A stretch of DNA of 46,976 nucleotides from a virus (IMGVR_UViG_3300036779_000030:1-46976), one strand, 5' to 3'. Shown: positions 1 to 8,060, counted from the stretch's first letter. Notes: generated by a model from the letters alone, not told the origin. A program made the numbers and translations.

Positions 1-480
1 CGGCTAATGCGCCATGGTATGGGTCTTTCCGCCTTGAGGGGGTGTCCCCCCACCCCACTGCCCACTGCCTGGCCATCCCCGTTCCACACCCACCACACAC
101 AGCCACCGATGGGCGTGCCCAATGTATGTGTTGGCCACAGGTACCCTGCGCTAGGGGTTCGTATTTGCCCCGCCGGGGGTGTAGTCGACGCCACCCGACC
201 TTCCGCACCGGAGCACGGGCAGTGCCACCGATGGGCGTGCCCCAGGCAGGCACTGCGACCGATGGGCGTCCGCACCAGCCACGAGCCCAGACACCACAGC
301 ACCAGCCACGCCACGAACCGACCCAAACTGCTTGTGACCAGGCGTTTCAATGCTGCCAGTTGCCGCGCGGTGCTGGCGGAGGGTCAGTTTCATGGGCAAT
401 ACCACCCCGCAAAACAGCCACCGATGGGCGCAATAGGAAACAAGATTCTCGACACCCAATCATCTTGGCATCCAAGCTAG

Positions 481-730
481 GCGCACAAGACAATAGGCAA
501 CTTAGCAATAAACAAACTTACTTGTTAAGCAACCAAACCAATAGGCACACAATACAATAGCATTCTAACCATCTTGGCACTCAAGACAATAGGCACTCAA
601 AACAATAGCATCACGAACATCTTGACAACTAAGACATTAACAAACCAAGACATTAAGCAACCAAACAGTCACCGATGGGCGCAAGCAATAGGCAACCAAG
701 ACAATAGGCAAACAATGTAACAAAACAATT
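481..730 (+). repeat. CA-saturated, A-rich degenerate repeat block (CAAGACAATAGGCA-like units)
   Basis: Hand count about 42 CA versus 5 TG on the + strand in 250 bp; CAATAG(G)CA and CAAGACA recur. Confidence 0.85.
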
Positions 731-738
731 AGGGAAAT

Positions 739-772
739 AAAAAAGCGCCCCCGAATTAACGGGAGCGCTTTT
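739..772 (-). terminator. Intrinsic terminator of the 777-1163 gene
   Basis: Minus strand reads AAAAGCGCTCCCG-TTAATT-CGGGGGCGC-TTTTTT (stem plus U-tract) immediately after the stop codon. Confidence 0.85.
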
Positions 773-776
773 CTAA

Positions 777-1163
777 TTACTTACCGTACGAGTTTACGTC
801 GGAATTTTGGAAATACCGGTAAGCCTTACTCGCGACCGTAACTAGCCGCGCGTCGACCTTTCCGAATTCCGGGAACTCGCGCTCTATCCAGGTCGCGAAT
901 TCCCGCATAGCCCTAGGAGCTTCCGCCGCGAGCTTATACCCGTTCGGCTTCCGCGCCGCTAGAGCGGCGTTCTCGGCTTCGATCTTAGCGAGCTTTTCCT
1001 TTAGCTCGGCTAGTTCGATTTCCGCCTTAGTCGGACGCGCGGCGCGCGGCTTAACCGGAGCGGAATTCTTCGCGGACTTTACGGCCGGAGCGGCTTTTAC
1101 CGGCGGGACCGTCTTAACGGTCGCGGCGGGAATAGCGACGACGGGCGTAGAGATAGCGTCGAT
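777..1163 (-). CDS. Hidden 128-aa basic protein, paralog of 4039..4506, probable ATC start (absent from the ORF track)
   Basis: Open frame IDAISTPVVAIPAATVKT...AMREFATWIEREFPEFGKVDARLVTVASKAYRYFQNSDVNSYGK*; C-terminus closely matches 4039..4506; in-frame TAA just upstream and no ATG/GTG/TTG near the 5' end; AAAGGCGA RBS 5 nt before ATC; own promoter and terminator. Confidence 0.88.
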   Translation of the reverse strand: MDAISTPVVAIPAATVKTVPPVKAAPAVKSAKNSAPVKPRAARPTKAEIELAELKEKLAKIEAENAALAARKPNGYKLAAEAPRAMREFATWIEREFPEFGKVDARLVTVASKAYRYFQNSDVNSYGK

Positions 1164-1275
1164 TTTAATCGCCTTTTTCTTTAGTTAGGAAGGGAATTTT
1201 CCCCGGCTACTCGCGCCGCGTACGGGCGCGAGGTTCGCGATTCGCGCGTTTCCGCGTTTTTCGCTTACGAGTAGA

Positions 1276-1304
1276 ACTCTACCGTACCCGAGCCGGAAAA
1301 TCTA
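1276..1304 (-). promoter_or_regulatory. Leftward sigma70-type promoter TAGATT-N17-TAGAGT
   Basis: Same architecture as 12 other candidate promoters; points at the hidden gene. Confidence 0.65.
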
Positions 1305-1565
1305 CGAAATTCGCGAGGATTTTTAGGAATATTCGGGAACCCCGCGACGTTCGCGCCGCCGAAAATCGAGTCGGACTCCGTTTCGCGCGGAGACGAACGC
1401 TACCGGCCGGAAAATCGGGGAGCTACCCGATTACCCGCGACGCGCTAGAAAATCCGCCTACGTCGATTTACGCGCCGTCTAGGCGTACGTCCGGCCGAAC
1501 GCGCTCCTACGCGCGTACGCGCGGCGCGGACGGACGGAAGGAACGCGGGCGCGCGGAACGTCGAC

Positions 1566-1870
1566 GGCTCCGGGAAAATTCCCGAAACTCAATATTTTTT
1601 CCGGGAATTCCGGAGCCGACGGTTCGCGTTCTACCGGCGCGAGGAAAAGTAGTCGACTACCAACGAGCGGAGGCGAAACCAATGGAGTACGACCGATGGG
1701 CGTTTGAGGTAGTCGACTACAGTAGATTGAAAATTTGGGGCCGGACTTCTAGGCGTTCGAAAACAATTTTTGAGTTTGATTCGGCTGTCGAAAATAAGTT
1801 TGAAGTTTGTCTATTGGGCTCGAAAACAATTTTTGAGGTTGACTACCGGCCTAAAAATGTAGTCGACGAC
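1566..1870. repeat. Inverted repeat, palindromes and phased direct repeats (origin- or pac-like)
   Basis: GGCTCCGG...CCGGAGCC inverted repeat 1566-1617; GTAGTCGACTAC at 1649 and 1709 (variant at 1859); TCGAAAACAATTTTTGAG at 1757 and 1820 (variant at 1788). Confidence 0.75.
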
Positions 1871-2042
1871 GGACGACCCCAATTGAGGACAGGCGAGCCA
1901 CCCCGACCGATGGGCGTTTCATCCCGCGCACATGAAAATGAAAAATGGCATCCCGCGCACAGCATGATGTGACTGCCCGCGCGGTAATGGACACCAGTCA
2001 GCCAGCCAGCCAACAAAACGCTCTGACCAGGTGAAACAAGAT

Positions 2043-2071
2043 TCGCGCGAACCGCGCCGGTAAGGTAGAAT
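2043..2071 (+). promoter_or_regulatory. Promoter TCGCGC-N17-TAGAAT
   Basis: CA/TG-free patch upstream of the first rightward gene. Confidence 0.65.
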
Positions 2072-2120
2072 CGACTTAGGCCGCGCGAAAGAGCGCGGCG
2101 ATGAGTAGGCAGGGAGCGAA

Positions 2121-2405
2121 ATGCGTACTGACTTCAGCAACGACGAAAACACCAGCCAGACCAACCCGTACGATGACGAGCCCGCGCGGTGTCTCGTCCA
2201 CTGCCCGAATTGCGGTGATGATGGCTGGTGCCGCACGGACTGTGCCTACTGTGCTGAGATGGAGCAGTCATACAGCGAATGGGTCGCCACGAATGCTCAC
2301 GACTGCCCCAAGCAAGCCTTCATGGACGACCCGATCACGAGCCACTATGGAGTTGGCGGAGACTTCGTAGGGAACATCGCCTGCTCTGTCTGTGATGCCC
2401 AATAG
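2121..2405 (+). CDS. Cys-rich acidic hypothetical protein (possible Zn-binding)
   Basis: RBS AGGGAG; several CxxC pairs. Confidence 0.7.
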   Translation: MRTDFSNDENTSQTNPYDDEPARCLVHCPNCGDDGWCRTDCAYCAEMEQSYSEWVATNAHDCPKQAFMDDPITSHYGVGGDFVGNIACSVCDAQ

Positions 2406-2484
2406 CGAAAGGAGGGTACCCTCCCAAAAGGAGGTCCCGCAATACCACCCCGAATGAATACCACCCCTGAAAGGATAGGCATCA

Positions 2485-2739
2485 ATGGCCTACCAGAAAA
2501 AGAAGTGCCCACATGGCTGGAAAACCACCATTGATGAACTCATCACGGACATGGTGTTCTTCTCCAGTACGGGCGAATGTCCCGAATGCCGCGCGGAAGC
2601 GAAGCAGGCGGAAATCGCCAGGAAGGCAGCACTCAGCCCGCAGACACGAAATGCCGAAACCGTAGCCACGATTATCGCCGGGGTCTTCGCGTTCGTGGTC
2701 GCGGTAGTTATCATCATCCTGTATTTCCACTACAAGTAG
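2485..2739 (+). CDS. Small membrane protein with N-terminal Zn-ribbon-like motif
   Basis: RBS AAAGGA; CPH...CPEC; C-terminal hydrophobic helix. Confidence 0.75.
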   Translation: MAYQKKKCPHGWKTTIDELITDMVFFSSTGECPECRAEAKQAEIARKAALSPQTRNAETVATIIAGVFAFVVAVVIIILYFHYK

Positions 2740-2751
2740 GGAACCGGAATC

Positions 2752-3054
2752 ATGATCCTCAAATTCCGAGTCAACAACTTCACCCTACTCAAGGCGTCGT
2801 TGCCGCCAGGCTACATCGCCGTGCGGGCGAAGTCAGCCGGCCGAAAGGATGCTGTGCGCTACGAGATCTACCATGGCGGTGCTCACACCATGGACAACTG
2901 GATCGGCGACATCGTGTACTGGCAGGACACCGCCATTTGGGACAGCCAGCCAAAGACGAATGAGCCGCAGCCATTCAAGTTCCCGGCGAACGCCGTTGAC
3001 CACATTTGTGGCGCACACCTCATAGCCGAAAGCAAGCTCACTCCACCATTCTAA
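2752..3054 (+). CDS. Hypothetical protein
   Basis: Tight operon packing, RBS-like AGGGA. Confidence 0.7.
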   Translation: MILKFRVNNFTLLKASLPPGYIAVRAKSAGRKDAVRYEIYHGGAHTMDNWIGDIVYWQDTAIWDSQPKTNEPQPFKFPANAVDHICGAHLIAESKLTPPF

Positions 3055-3067
3055 GGACATCACCATC

Positions 3068-3403
3068 ATGCAGAACTCAGCACCAATCCCAGGCACAGAA
3101 CCAACATACTACATCCCAGAGTTTGGACCTGAGGAAACCATAACAATAGCCAACCTTGAGGTTGGTGACTTCGTCATCCGCATCCCGGCGCAAGACATGA
3201 TTCGTGGCCTCCTGGTCAATAGTGCCGTGCGCACCATCCAGGACAAGCATGGCTGGATCAAGCATCACAAAGGACAGAAGGGAGGCACACCAGTCTCGGG
3301 AAAGGAGATCAGCTTCCAGACAGAACGCACCAGGACATTCTCATGGCCTGACCATTACAGCGTCATCGTGCGCAGGCCAATCCTCCAACCTGACCAGGAT
3401 TAG
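3068..3403 (+). CDS. Hypothetical protein
   Basis: RBS AAGGA, operon packing. Confidence 0.7.
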   Translation: MQNSAPIPGTEPTYYIPEFGPEETITIANLEVGDFVIRIPAQDMIRGLLVNSAVRTIQDKHGWIKHHKGQKGGTPVSGKEISFQTERTRTFSWPDHYSVIVRRPILQPDQD

Positions 3404-3429
3404 GAGATTCCTCGCGCGGCGAGTAGACT
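3401..3429 (+). promoter_or_regulatory. Promoter TAGGAG-N17-TAGACT
   Basis: CA/TG-free intergenic patch; TAGACTAGCCCTAGG shared with the promoter at 6486. Confidence 0.65.
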
Positions 3430-3465
3430 AGCCCTAGGTCGCGAACGCCGACGAACGGAGCGGAA

Positions 3466-3708
3466 ATGCCGGAGAATGACGAGTACGAGCTGACGCTGGA
3501 TGAGTGCCTTAGCCAGGTCATCCTAAGGATGTATCATGGCGAGCTGTTGTCGAAGGATGATCCGTCCTACCCGGACGCCGTAGCCAGAATCCGCTTCGAC
3601 AATCCGCACTCGGCGACTGGCTGGGCAACCACGAGCAATCTTGATGGCCGGTTCGAAGATATCAGCTACGTCAGCCAGCCGTGTACCCTGGTCGTGAAGA
3701 TCCACTAG
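3466..3708 (+). CDS. Hypothetical protein
   Basis: RBS GGAG downstream of a promoter. Confidence 0.7.
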   Translation: MPENDEYELTLDECLSQVILRMYHGELLSKDDPSYPDAVARIRFDNPHSATGWATTSNLDGRFEDISYVSQPCTLVVKIH

Positions 3709-3720
3709 GAGCCAAATCGA

Positions 3721-3978
3721 ATGAAACATCCACTCCCGATCGGAACCCTAGTCACCTTTAGCGTCGATGGCATCTTCGATATCGACGGCTACATCTACGA
3801 CACCGTAGGTGCTCCCACCACGGAACAGCCAGACCGTGAATTCGCAGAACATGGCTGGTACTTCGTCATGAGCGACACCAACCTGTATGAGGTTGTCCCA
3901 TCCCTGATCCGCCTGCGAACGCAAACGGACACTACCCCAATGACGACACTTCAGGAGATTGAAGACGAGGAATGTTAA
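3721..3978 (+). CDS. Hypothetical protein
   Basis: RBS AGGAG. Confidence 0.7.
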   Translation: MKHPLPIGTLVTFSVDGIFDIDGYIYDTVGAPTTEQPDREFAEHGWYFVMSDTNLYEVVPSLIRLRTQTDTTPMTTLQEIEDEEC

Positions 3979-3979
3979 C

Positions 3980-4008
3980 TAGACGTACCGCGCCCGATCG
4001 GGTAAGCT
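3980..4008 (+). promoter_or_regulatory. Promoter TAGACG-N17-TAAGCT
   Basis: CA/TG-free intergenic patch with 17-bp spacing. Confidence 0.7.
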
Positions 4009-4038
4009 AGGCGTAGACCGACGAACGAAAGGCGAGAA

Positions 4039-4506
4039 ATGACCACCCAAGCCGAATCAACCACCGTCCCCACGCGCCGTCGTGGCCGCCGTACGGACAA
4101 GAACGCCGAGTCCAACCAGGGACCGTCCGGCCGCTCCGGTCCTGAGACGGTGACGACGACGGGCAAGCCGAAGGTTGTCCCGATCAAGAAGGAAATCCCG
4201 GCAACGCCGCTGACGCCTGCCCAGAAGGCTGCCGCTACCCGCGCGGCGAAGGCGCAGGCGATCAAGGAGCAGTCGGAAGCGCTAGCCGCCGAACTGGAGA
4301 AGGCGAAGCAGAAGGCAGCACCCAAGGAGCCGCGCGTCACCGGACACCGGATGTGGGCAACCAAGGAGATTCCCGGTGCCATGCTGCGGTTCACGAAGTG
4401 GATCAATCGCGAGTTCCCCGAATTCGGCGGCGACGTTGACCCACGAGTGGTTATGGTTGCCTCCAAGGCATACCGGTACTTCCAGAACTCAGACCTGAAC
4501 CCGTAG
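4039..4506 (+). CDS. Basic protein with C-terminal M..F..W...Y..FQ.S..N domain (putative DNA-binding)
   Basis: Own promoter, AAAGGCGA RBS and terminator; paralogs at 777-1163 and 17676-18116. Confidence 0.85.
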   Translation: MTTQAESTTVPTRRRGRRTDKNAESNQGPSGRSGPETVTTTGKPKVVPIKKEIPATPLTPAQKAAATRAAKAQAIKEQSEALAAELEKAKQKAAPKEPRVTGHRMWATKEIPGAMLRFTKWINREFPEFGGDVDPRVVMVASKAYRYFQNSDLNP

Positions 4507-4520
4507 GACTAGCAAACAAT

Positions 4521-4550
4521 ACCCTGCCGTCGGAGGGGCGGCAGGGTCTT
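4521..4550 (+). terminator. Hairpin terminator
   Basis: ACCCTGCCG...CGGCAGGGT followed by CTT. Confidence 0.65.
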
Positions 4551-4571
4551 CCAACTACGGAGAAACGGAAC

Positions 4572-5054
4572 ATGAAGAAACTCAGTCGTGAAGTAAGCTT
4601 CCGCGTCGTGAACAAACAAGATGACCCGGAAAAGGAGGCAATCAGCTTCATCGCCAACGCGCTCATGAATATGAAGCCAAACACCCCTCTACATTTTGAC
4701 GACGAGGGCGACGGCAGGTACACGAATGTGACCAGGCCGGGGAAGAACAAGTGGAAGGTCAGCTTCCGCCCGATCGGTGACAATAACGATCGTCGCCAAT
4801 ACTACGCGAACGCGACTGACACTGCTGTCGCAATCTACTTCAAGGAACACAACCAGCAGGAAACAGTCGAGGCATTCACTCCGGACGATGAATTCATCCG
4901 GAACTTTAACGAGTACATCAACAACCTCCGCAAGACGGCGTTCGACAACAAAACCGATCGCACGGCAAGGTTCCGTGCCCAAGCAGAACTGGAGGACATG
5001 ACCGACGGCCACTGGGATGGCCACCGTACTGACGATCCGCCAGTCCACTGGTGA
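4572..5054 (+). CDS. Two-module hypothetical protein
   Basis: N-terminus resembles 5880..6158; C-terminus shares a 62-bp identical segment with 5438..5743. Confidence 0.8.
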   Translation: MKKLSREVSFRVVNKQDDPEKEAISFIANALMNMKPNTPLHFDDEGDGRYTNVTRPGKNKWKVSFRPIGDNNDRRQYYANATDTAVAIYFKEHNQQETVEAFTPDDEFIRNFNEYINNLRKTAFDNKTDRTARFRAQAELEDMTDGHWDGHRTDDPPVHW

Positions 5055-5096
5055 TAACACCACCCAGCAGCGACTTGAGCAAGCAGTAATCACGAT

Positions 5097-5125
5097 TCGC
5101 TTTCGAGCCGTCGCGCGGGTAGGCT
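5097..5125 (+). promoter_or_regulatory. Promoter TCGCTT-N17-TAGGCT
   Basis: CA/TG-free intergenic patch. Confidence 0.65.
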
Positions 5126-5166
5126 AAGCGTAGTCGCCGCGCGGCGGCCGGAACGGAGAAACAATT

Positions 5167-5433
5167 ATGACCGGAAACTTCGATTGGGCACTCAAGGAGC
5201 CAATCCTAGTCACCGCACTAGATGACGGAAACAGGTATCACGTCGCGCGGATCAATGAATCGGGCGATCTCGATATCTCATTCAGCCAGGACGGCAAGCA
5301 GATGTTGTTCGACGGCGAGTTCATCGATGTCGGCGACGACTTCATCCAGTACGTCTCAATCTTGGACGAATACTACGAACAAGGCGGCGAACCAAACAAG
5401 ACAATTCGCCAGGAACCATTCGAGGAGCAGTAG
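5167..5433 (+). CDS. Acidic hypothetical protein
   Basis: RBS GGAG downstream of a promoter. Confidence 0.75.
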   Translation: MTGNFDWALKEPILVTALDDGNRYHVARINESGDLDISFSQDGKQMLFDGEFIDVGDDFIQYVSILDEYYEQGGEPNKTIRQEPFEEQ

Positions 5434-5437
5434 CAAT

Positions 5438-5743
5438 ATGAAGTACATCCTGATCAGCGTCGAAGACGACAAGTACGACGCGCTCTTGGCGCACTACCAG
5501 AACCTGGCCAAGCATCCGGCCAGTAGTGTTGTGGCTGTGGAAGTCAGCAACCTGGAAGTCCCCGGCCCGTACTCCGAATATATCCACAACCTGATGCGCC
5601 GGTCACTCGACAAGGATCTGACCCGCGAGGAACGGTATCGTGCCCAAGCAGAACTGGAGGACATGACCGACGGCCACTGGGATGGCCACCGTACTGACGA
5701 CCCACCGGCAGCTTGGTGGGACATCAATGACCCGGTGACCTGA
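5438..5743 (+). CDS. Hypothetical protein (start moved from 5222 to MKYILIS)
   Basis: RBS GAGGAG upstream of ATG 5438; shares its C-terminus with 4572..5054. Confidence 0.8.
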   Translation: MKYILISVEDDKYDALLAHYQNLAKHPASSVVAVEVSNLEVPGPYSEYIHNLMRRSLDKDLTREERYRAQAELEDMTDGHWDGHRTDDPPAAWWDINDPVT

Positions 5744-5752
5744 CCCAACAAC

Positions 5753-5787
5753 TGAAACCCAGCCATTCGGGGAGTGGCTGGGCTTCA
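5753..5787 (+). terminator. Hairpin terminator
   Basis: TGAAACCCAGCCA...TGGCTGGGCTTCA. Confidence 0.6.
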
Positions 5788-5804
5788 ACACATAGAAACA
5801 AAAT

Positions 5805-5833
5805 TAGACTTCGCGCGTCCGCTCGGGTAGACT
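5805..5833 (+). promoter_or_regulatory. Promoter TAGACT-N17-TAGACT
   Basis: CA/TG-free intergenic patch, A-rich upstream. Confidence 0.75.
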
Positions 5834-5879
5834 CCTCTTAGGCCGGAAAAGTCCGGCCGCGAGAAAGGCGAAGGAAGCA

Positions 5880-6158
5880 ATGCGACAGACATCACGCAGG
5901 ATGACGATTAACTTCGTCAACGAAAACGGCTTCGATGACGAAGAGGCGATCCGGGCATTGGCGGGACTGCTCAAGGGACTCGATGTCGGTTGCGGTGTCG
6001 ATGTTGAGGCCGGTGCCGACTACGCGGAGATTATCCGCGTCAAGATCGACAGCTGGGTGGTCGTCTTCCGCAATGTCGGAGATGAGCCTAACTCTGCCGG
6101 CTACAGTAAGGCAAAGAAGGCGGCCGTGGCAATCTACTACGGCAAGCACTTCCAGTAA
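5880..6158 (+). CDS. Hypothetical protein, paralog of the N-terminal module of 4572..5054
   Basis: Shared W.V.FR..GD and AVAIY[FY]..H motifs. Confidence 0.8.
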   Translation: MRQTSRRMTINFVNENGFDDEEAIRALAGLLKGLDVGCGVDVEAGADYAEIIRVKIDSWVVVFRNVGDEPNSAGYSKAKKAAVAIYYGKHFQ

Positions 6159-6170
6159 CCAAACCCGAAC

Positions 6171-6194
6171 GCCCGGCTCCCTACGGAGCCGGGC
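6171..6194 (+). terminator. GC-rich hairpin (terminator or processing site)
   Basis: GCCCGGCTCC-CTAC-GGAGCCGGGC, no U-tract. Confidence 0.45.
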
Positions 6195-6208
6195 AGTATG
6201 GAGCAGAA

Positions 6209-6478
6209 ATGCCAATCGACAACAACAAGCTCCAAGAGAAGTGGAAGCGTGAGCGTGACGGCTTTGCGCTTAATCTCTTCGAGTTCAACACGACACTGGC
6301 CGCGCGGGTCGCCCTTGGACACGGAATTGACCGGGAGACCGTGGCGGCCATTCTCCACTCCCTGGCCGAGGCGATCAGAACGCAGGACTGCGCCGAGTCA
6401 ATGTCGCCAGTCGATGACGGCAGGACACTTGAGGAAATGTGCCTGGATGTTCCTTCGGCCCCGTCCGGCGGGAACTGA
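6209..6478 (+). CDS. Hypothetical protein
   Basis: RBS GGAG. Confidence 0.65.
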   Translation: MPIDNNKLQEKWKRERDGFALNLFEFNTTLAARVALGHGIDRETVAAILHSLAEAIRTQDCAESMSPVDDGRTLEEMCLDVPSAPSGGN

Positions 6479-6485
6479 TCAGGAT

Positions 6486-6514
6486 TCGACTTCCGCGCGC
6501 CTAGGGTATAGACT
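6486..6514 (+). promoter_or_regulatory. Promoter TCGACT-N17-TAGACT
   Basis: CA/TG-free intergenic patch. Confidence 0.75.
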
Positions 6515-6562
6515 AGCCCTAGGCGTTCGGGTAGCCGGACGGAACGAAAGGCGAGAAACAGA

Positions 6563-7555
6563 ATGTCTCTTGTAAGCGCGGAGGATCTCGATACGTCCCC
6601 GCCAGAATGGCTAGTGGATGGGGTGATTCCGCTGGTAGGTGCGGGATTCATCTGGGGGAAATCGCGGTCGGGAAAGTCGTTGTTGACCAACGGCGAGCTA
6701 GCTCTGGCTATCGTGAACGGTACCGATTTCTTCGGACGCGAGGTCGCCAAAGGGTCGGTCGCTGTCTGCCTGGGTGAAGGTCTCTACGATGCCGGAATCC
6801 GGAAGCAAGCTCGGCTAGCCAGGGAGATGAATGACCGGACACGGATCGCGGCTCATCTTGCCGAAGCGAGGAATGACGTCAGGGTCGGAACTCAATGGAT
6901 CGATGACCAGCCCCCGTATACGGACGACAACCTGTACTATATGACGGAGCCGTTCATCCTCCCATTGGAGAACAAGGGCAACCCAAGCCAGTCTCTCCGT
7001 GCGGCGGCCGACGCCTTGAAGCAGATTCCAGATCTTCAGCTCGTGATTCTGGACTCATTCTCCGACTTCACTCCTAGCCTGTCCATCTCCAACGACGCGT
7101 CCGCGAACCGGGCGATTGCGGGAATGAAGTTCCTCGTCCGCGAGCTAGACTGTGCGGTCATAGCAGTAGCTCATCCAGTCGGTGACGGCTCTAAGATGCT
7201 CGGTGCGGGCCGTCTCTTTAACGCGGCCGACTTCGTCATCCAGGTTCAGCCGGAGGAAACTCAAGGCAGAAGTGGACCGTCCGGTGCGAGCGTCATCTGC
7301 GAGAAGAACAAATACGGTCGCCCCTTCGAGCCATTCGGCTATTACATCGAGCCGTGTGCCTGGTATGAACCCTATTTGGATGACGATGGTAAGCCGACTG
7401 GCGAACAAGCACTCATCCGTAGCGCGACGATCCGCTCGGCCAACAGTGAAGCCATCACCCAAACCAAGCCGACCGAAAAGCCAGCTCTCCCAACCTTCAT
7501 AACCACTCAAGACGCTAGCCGTAAGAAGCGTACCGGCGTTAGGACAGGAAAGTAA
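6563..7555 (+). CDS. RecA-fold AAA ATPase, RepA-like (AAA_25) replicative helicase
   Basis: PEWLVDGVIP lead-in, Walker A GKSRSGKS, Walker B LVILDS, IAVAH motif. Confidence 0.8.
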   Translation: MSLVSAEDLDTSPPEWLVDGVIPLVGAGFIWGKSRSGKSLLTNGELALAIVNGTDFFGREVAKGSVAVCLGEGLYDAGIRKQARLAREMNDRTRIAAHLAEARNDVRVGTQWIDDQPPYTDDNLYYMTEPFILPLENKGNPSQSLRAAADALKQIPDLQLVILDSFSDFTPSLSISNDASANRAIAGMKFLVRELDCAVIAVAHPVGDGSKMLGAGRLFNAADFVIQVQPEETQGRSGPSGASVICEKNKYGRPFEPFGYYIEPCAWYEPYLDDDGKPTGEQALIRSATIRSANSEAITQTKPTEKPALPTFITTQDASRKKRTGVRTGK

Positions 7556-7803
7556 TGATCTACCTCATCATATGGCTAGTCCCAATGATCTTCAGGCTGG
7601 CCGTCTTCATCCTGACCCTCGTCTTCCGCCTTGTGTGGCTGATCCTGAAGGTCACCTGGTTCGTGACCAAGTGGCAGTATATCATCCTCTGGCTCCTGAT
7701 CTGCCTTCCGTTCCGCCGAACGATGAAGATCCGCGCGACAAATAAGGTCCGCCGGATCGACAACTACGAGTCCCAGATCCGCGAGCACGTGAGGAGTAGG
7801 TAG
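7555..7803 (+). CDS. Small membrane protein
   Basis: Long hydrophobic N-terminal half; TAATG coupling. Confidence 0.7.
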   Translation: MIYLIIWLVPMIFRLAVFILTLVFRLVWLILKVTWFVTKWQYIILWLLICLPFRRTMKIRATNKVRRIDNYESQIREHVRSR

Positions 7804-7805
7804 GA

Positions 7806-8060
7806 ATGAACGGCTTCGATGAACACCTCGACAATTACGGCGATCCAGCACCAAGATGCGATCACCCGGTAGATCAAGACTACCTATGTCCATGGTGCGA
7901 GGCAGAACCAGATGATGAGTACACAGAAAAGTGGCAAATCAACATAGAGCAGGTTACGCAGGAAATTATGGATGGGATGGATTGCTACAATCCGTCCCGA
8001 TTCGAGAAGCACATCCGGAATGTCCTGGCACGGTATGCCGCGCCAGAAAAGGAGCAGTAA
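7806..8060 (+). CDS. Hypothetical protein
   Basis: Operon packing, RBS. Confidence 0.7.
   Translation: MNGFDEHLDNYGDPAPRCDHPVDQDYLCPWCEAEPDDEYTEKWQINIEQVTQEIMDGMDCYNPSRFEKHIRNVLARYAAPEKEQ

Larger units (their letters stand above)
731..1660. other. Large CA/TG-free island
   Basis: Only 4 CA/TG dinucleotides in 930 bp (808, 889, 906, 1590); none from 908 to 1589. Confidence 0.95.
105..1916 (+). repeat. Seven dispersed direct copies of ACCGATGGGCG
   Basis: Exact 11-mer starting at 105, 227, 258, 420, 671, 1692 and 1906, all on the + strand; two copies extend to GCCACCGATGGGCGTGCCC. Confidence 0.9.
4974..5700 (+). repeat. 62-bp perfect direct repeat (4974-5035 and 5639-5700)
   Basis: Both copies encode RAQAELEDMTDGHWDGHRTDD. 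Confidence 0.95.

Noticed and set aside
7-560. ORFs 7..480, 42..560 and 151..459
   Set aside because: No RBS, translations are dominated by the DNA repeats, and composition is not protein-like
105-681. CRISPR array suggested by the repeated ACCGATGGGCG
   Set aside because: The repeat core is only 11-19 bp, spacing is irregular (31-251 bp) and there is no cas operon; the Cas4-like gene belongs to a phage recombination module
777-1163. Pseudogene interpretation of the start-less paralog
   Set aside because: No stops or frameshifts in 128 codons, conserved domain intact, and promoter, RBS and terminator all present
731-1660. RIP-like or deamination-driven mutational loss of CpA as the cause of the islands
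   Set aside because: The islands stay GC- and CpG-rich, keep an intact gene, promoter and terminator, and retain CA/TG exactly at the obligatory Met/Trp/Gln codons, which indicates selection
1682-1972. 96-aa ORF with a plausible GGAGGCGA RBS
   Set aside because: It runs through palindromes and phased A-tract repeats that are better explained as DNA sites; not excluded, but too weak to list as a CDS
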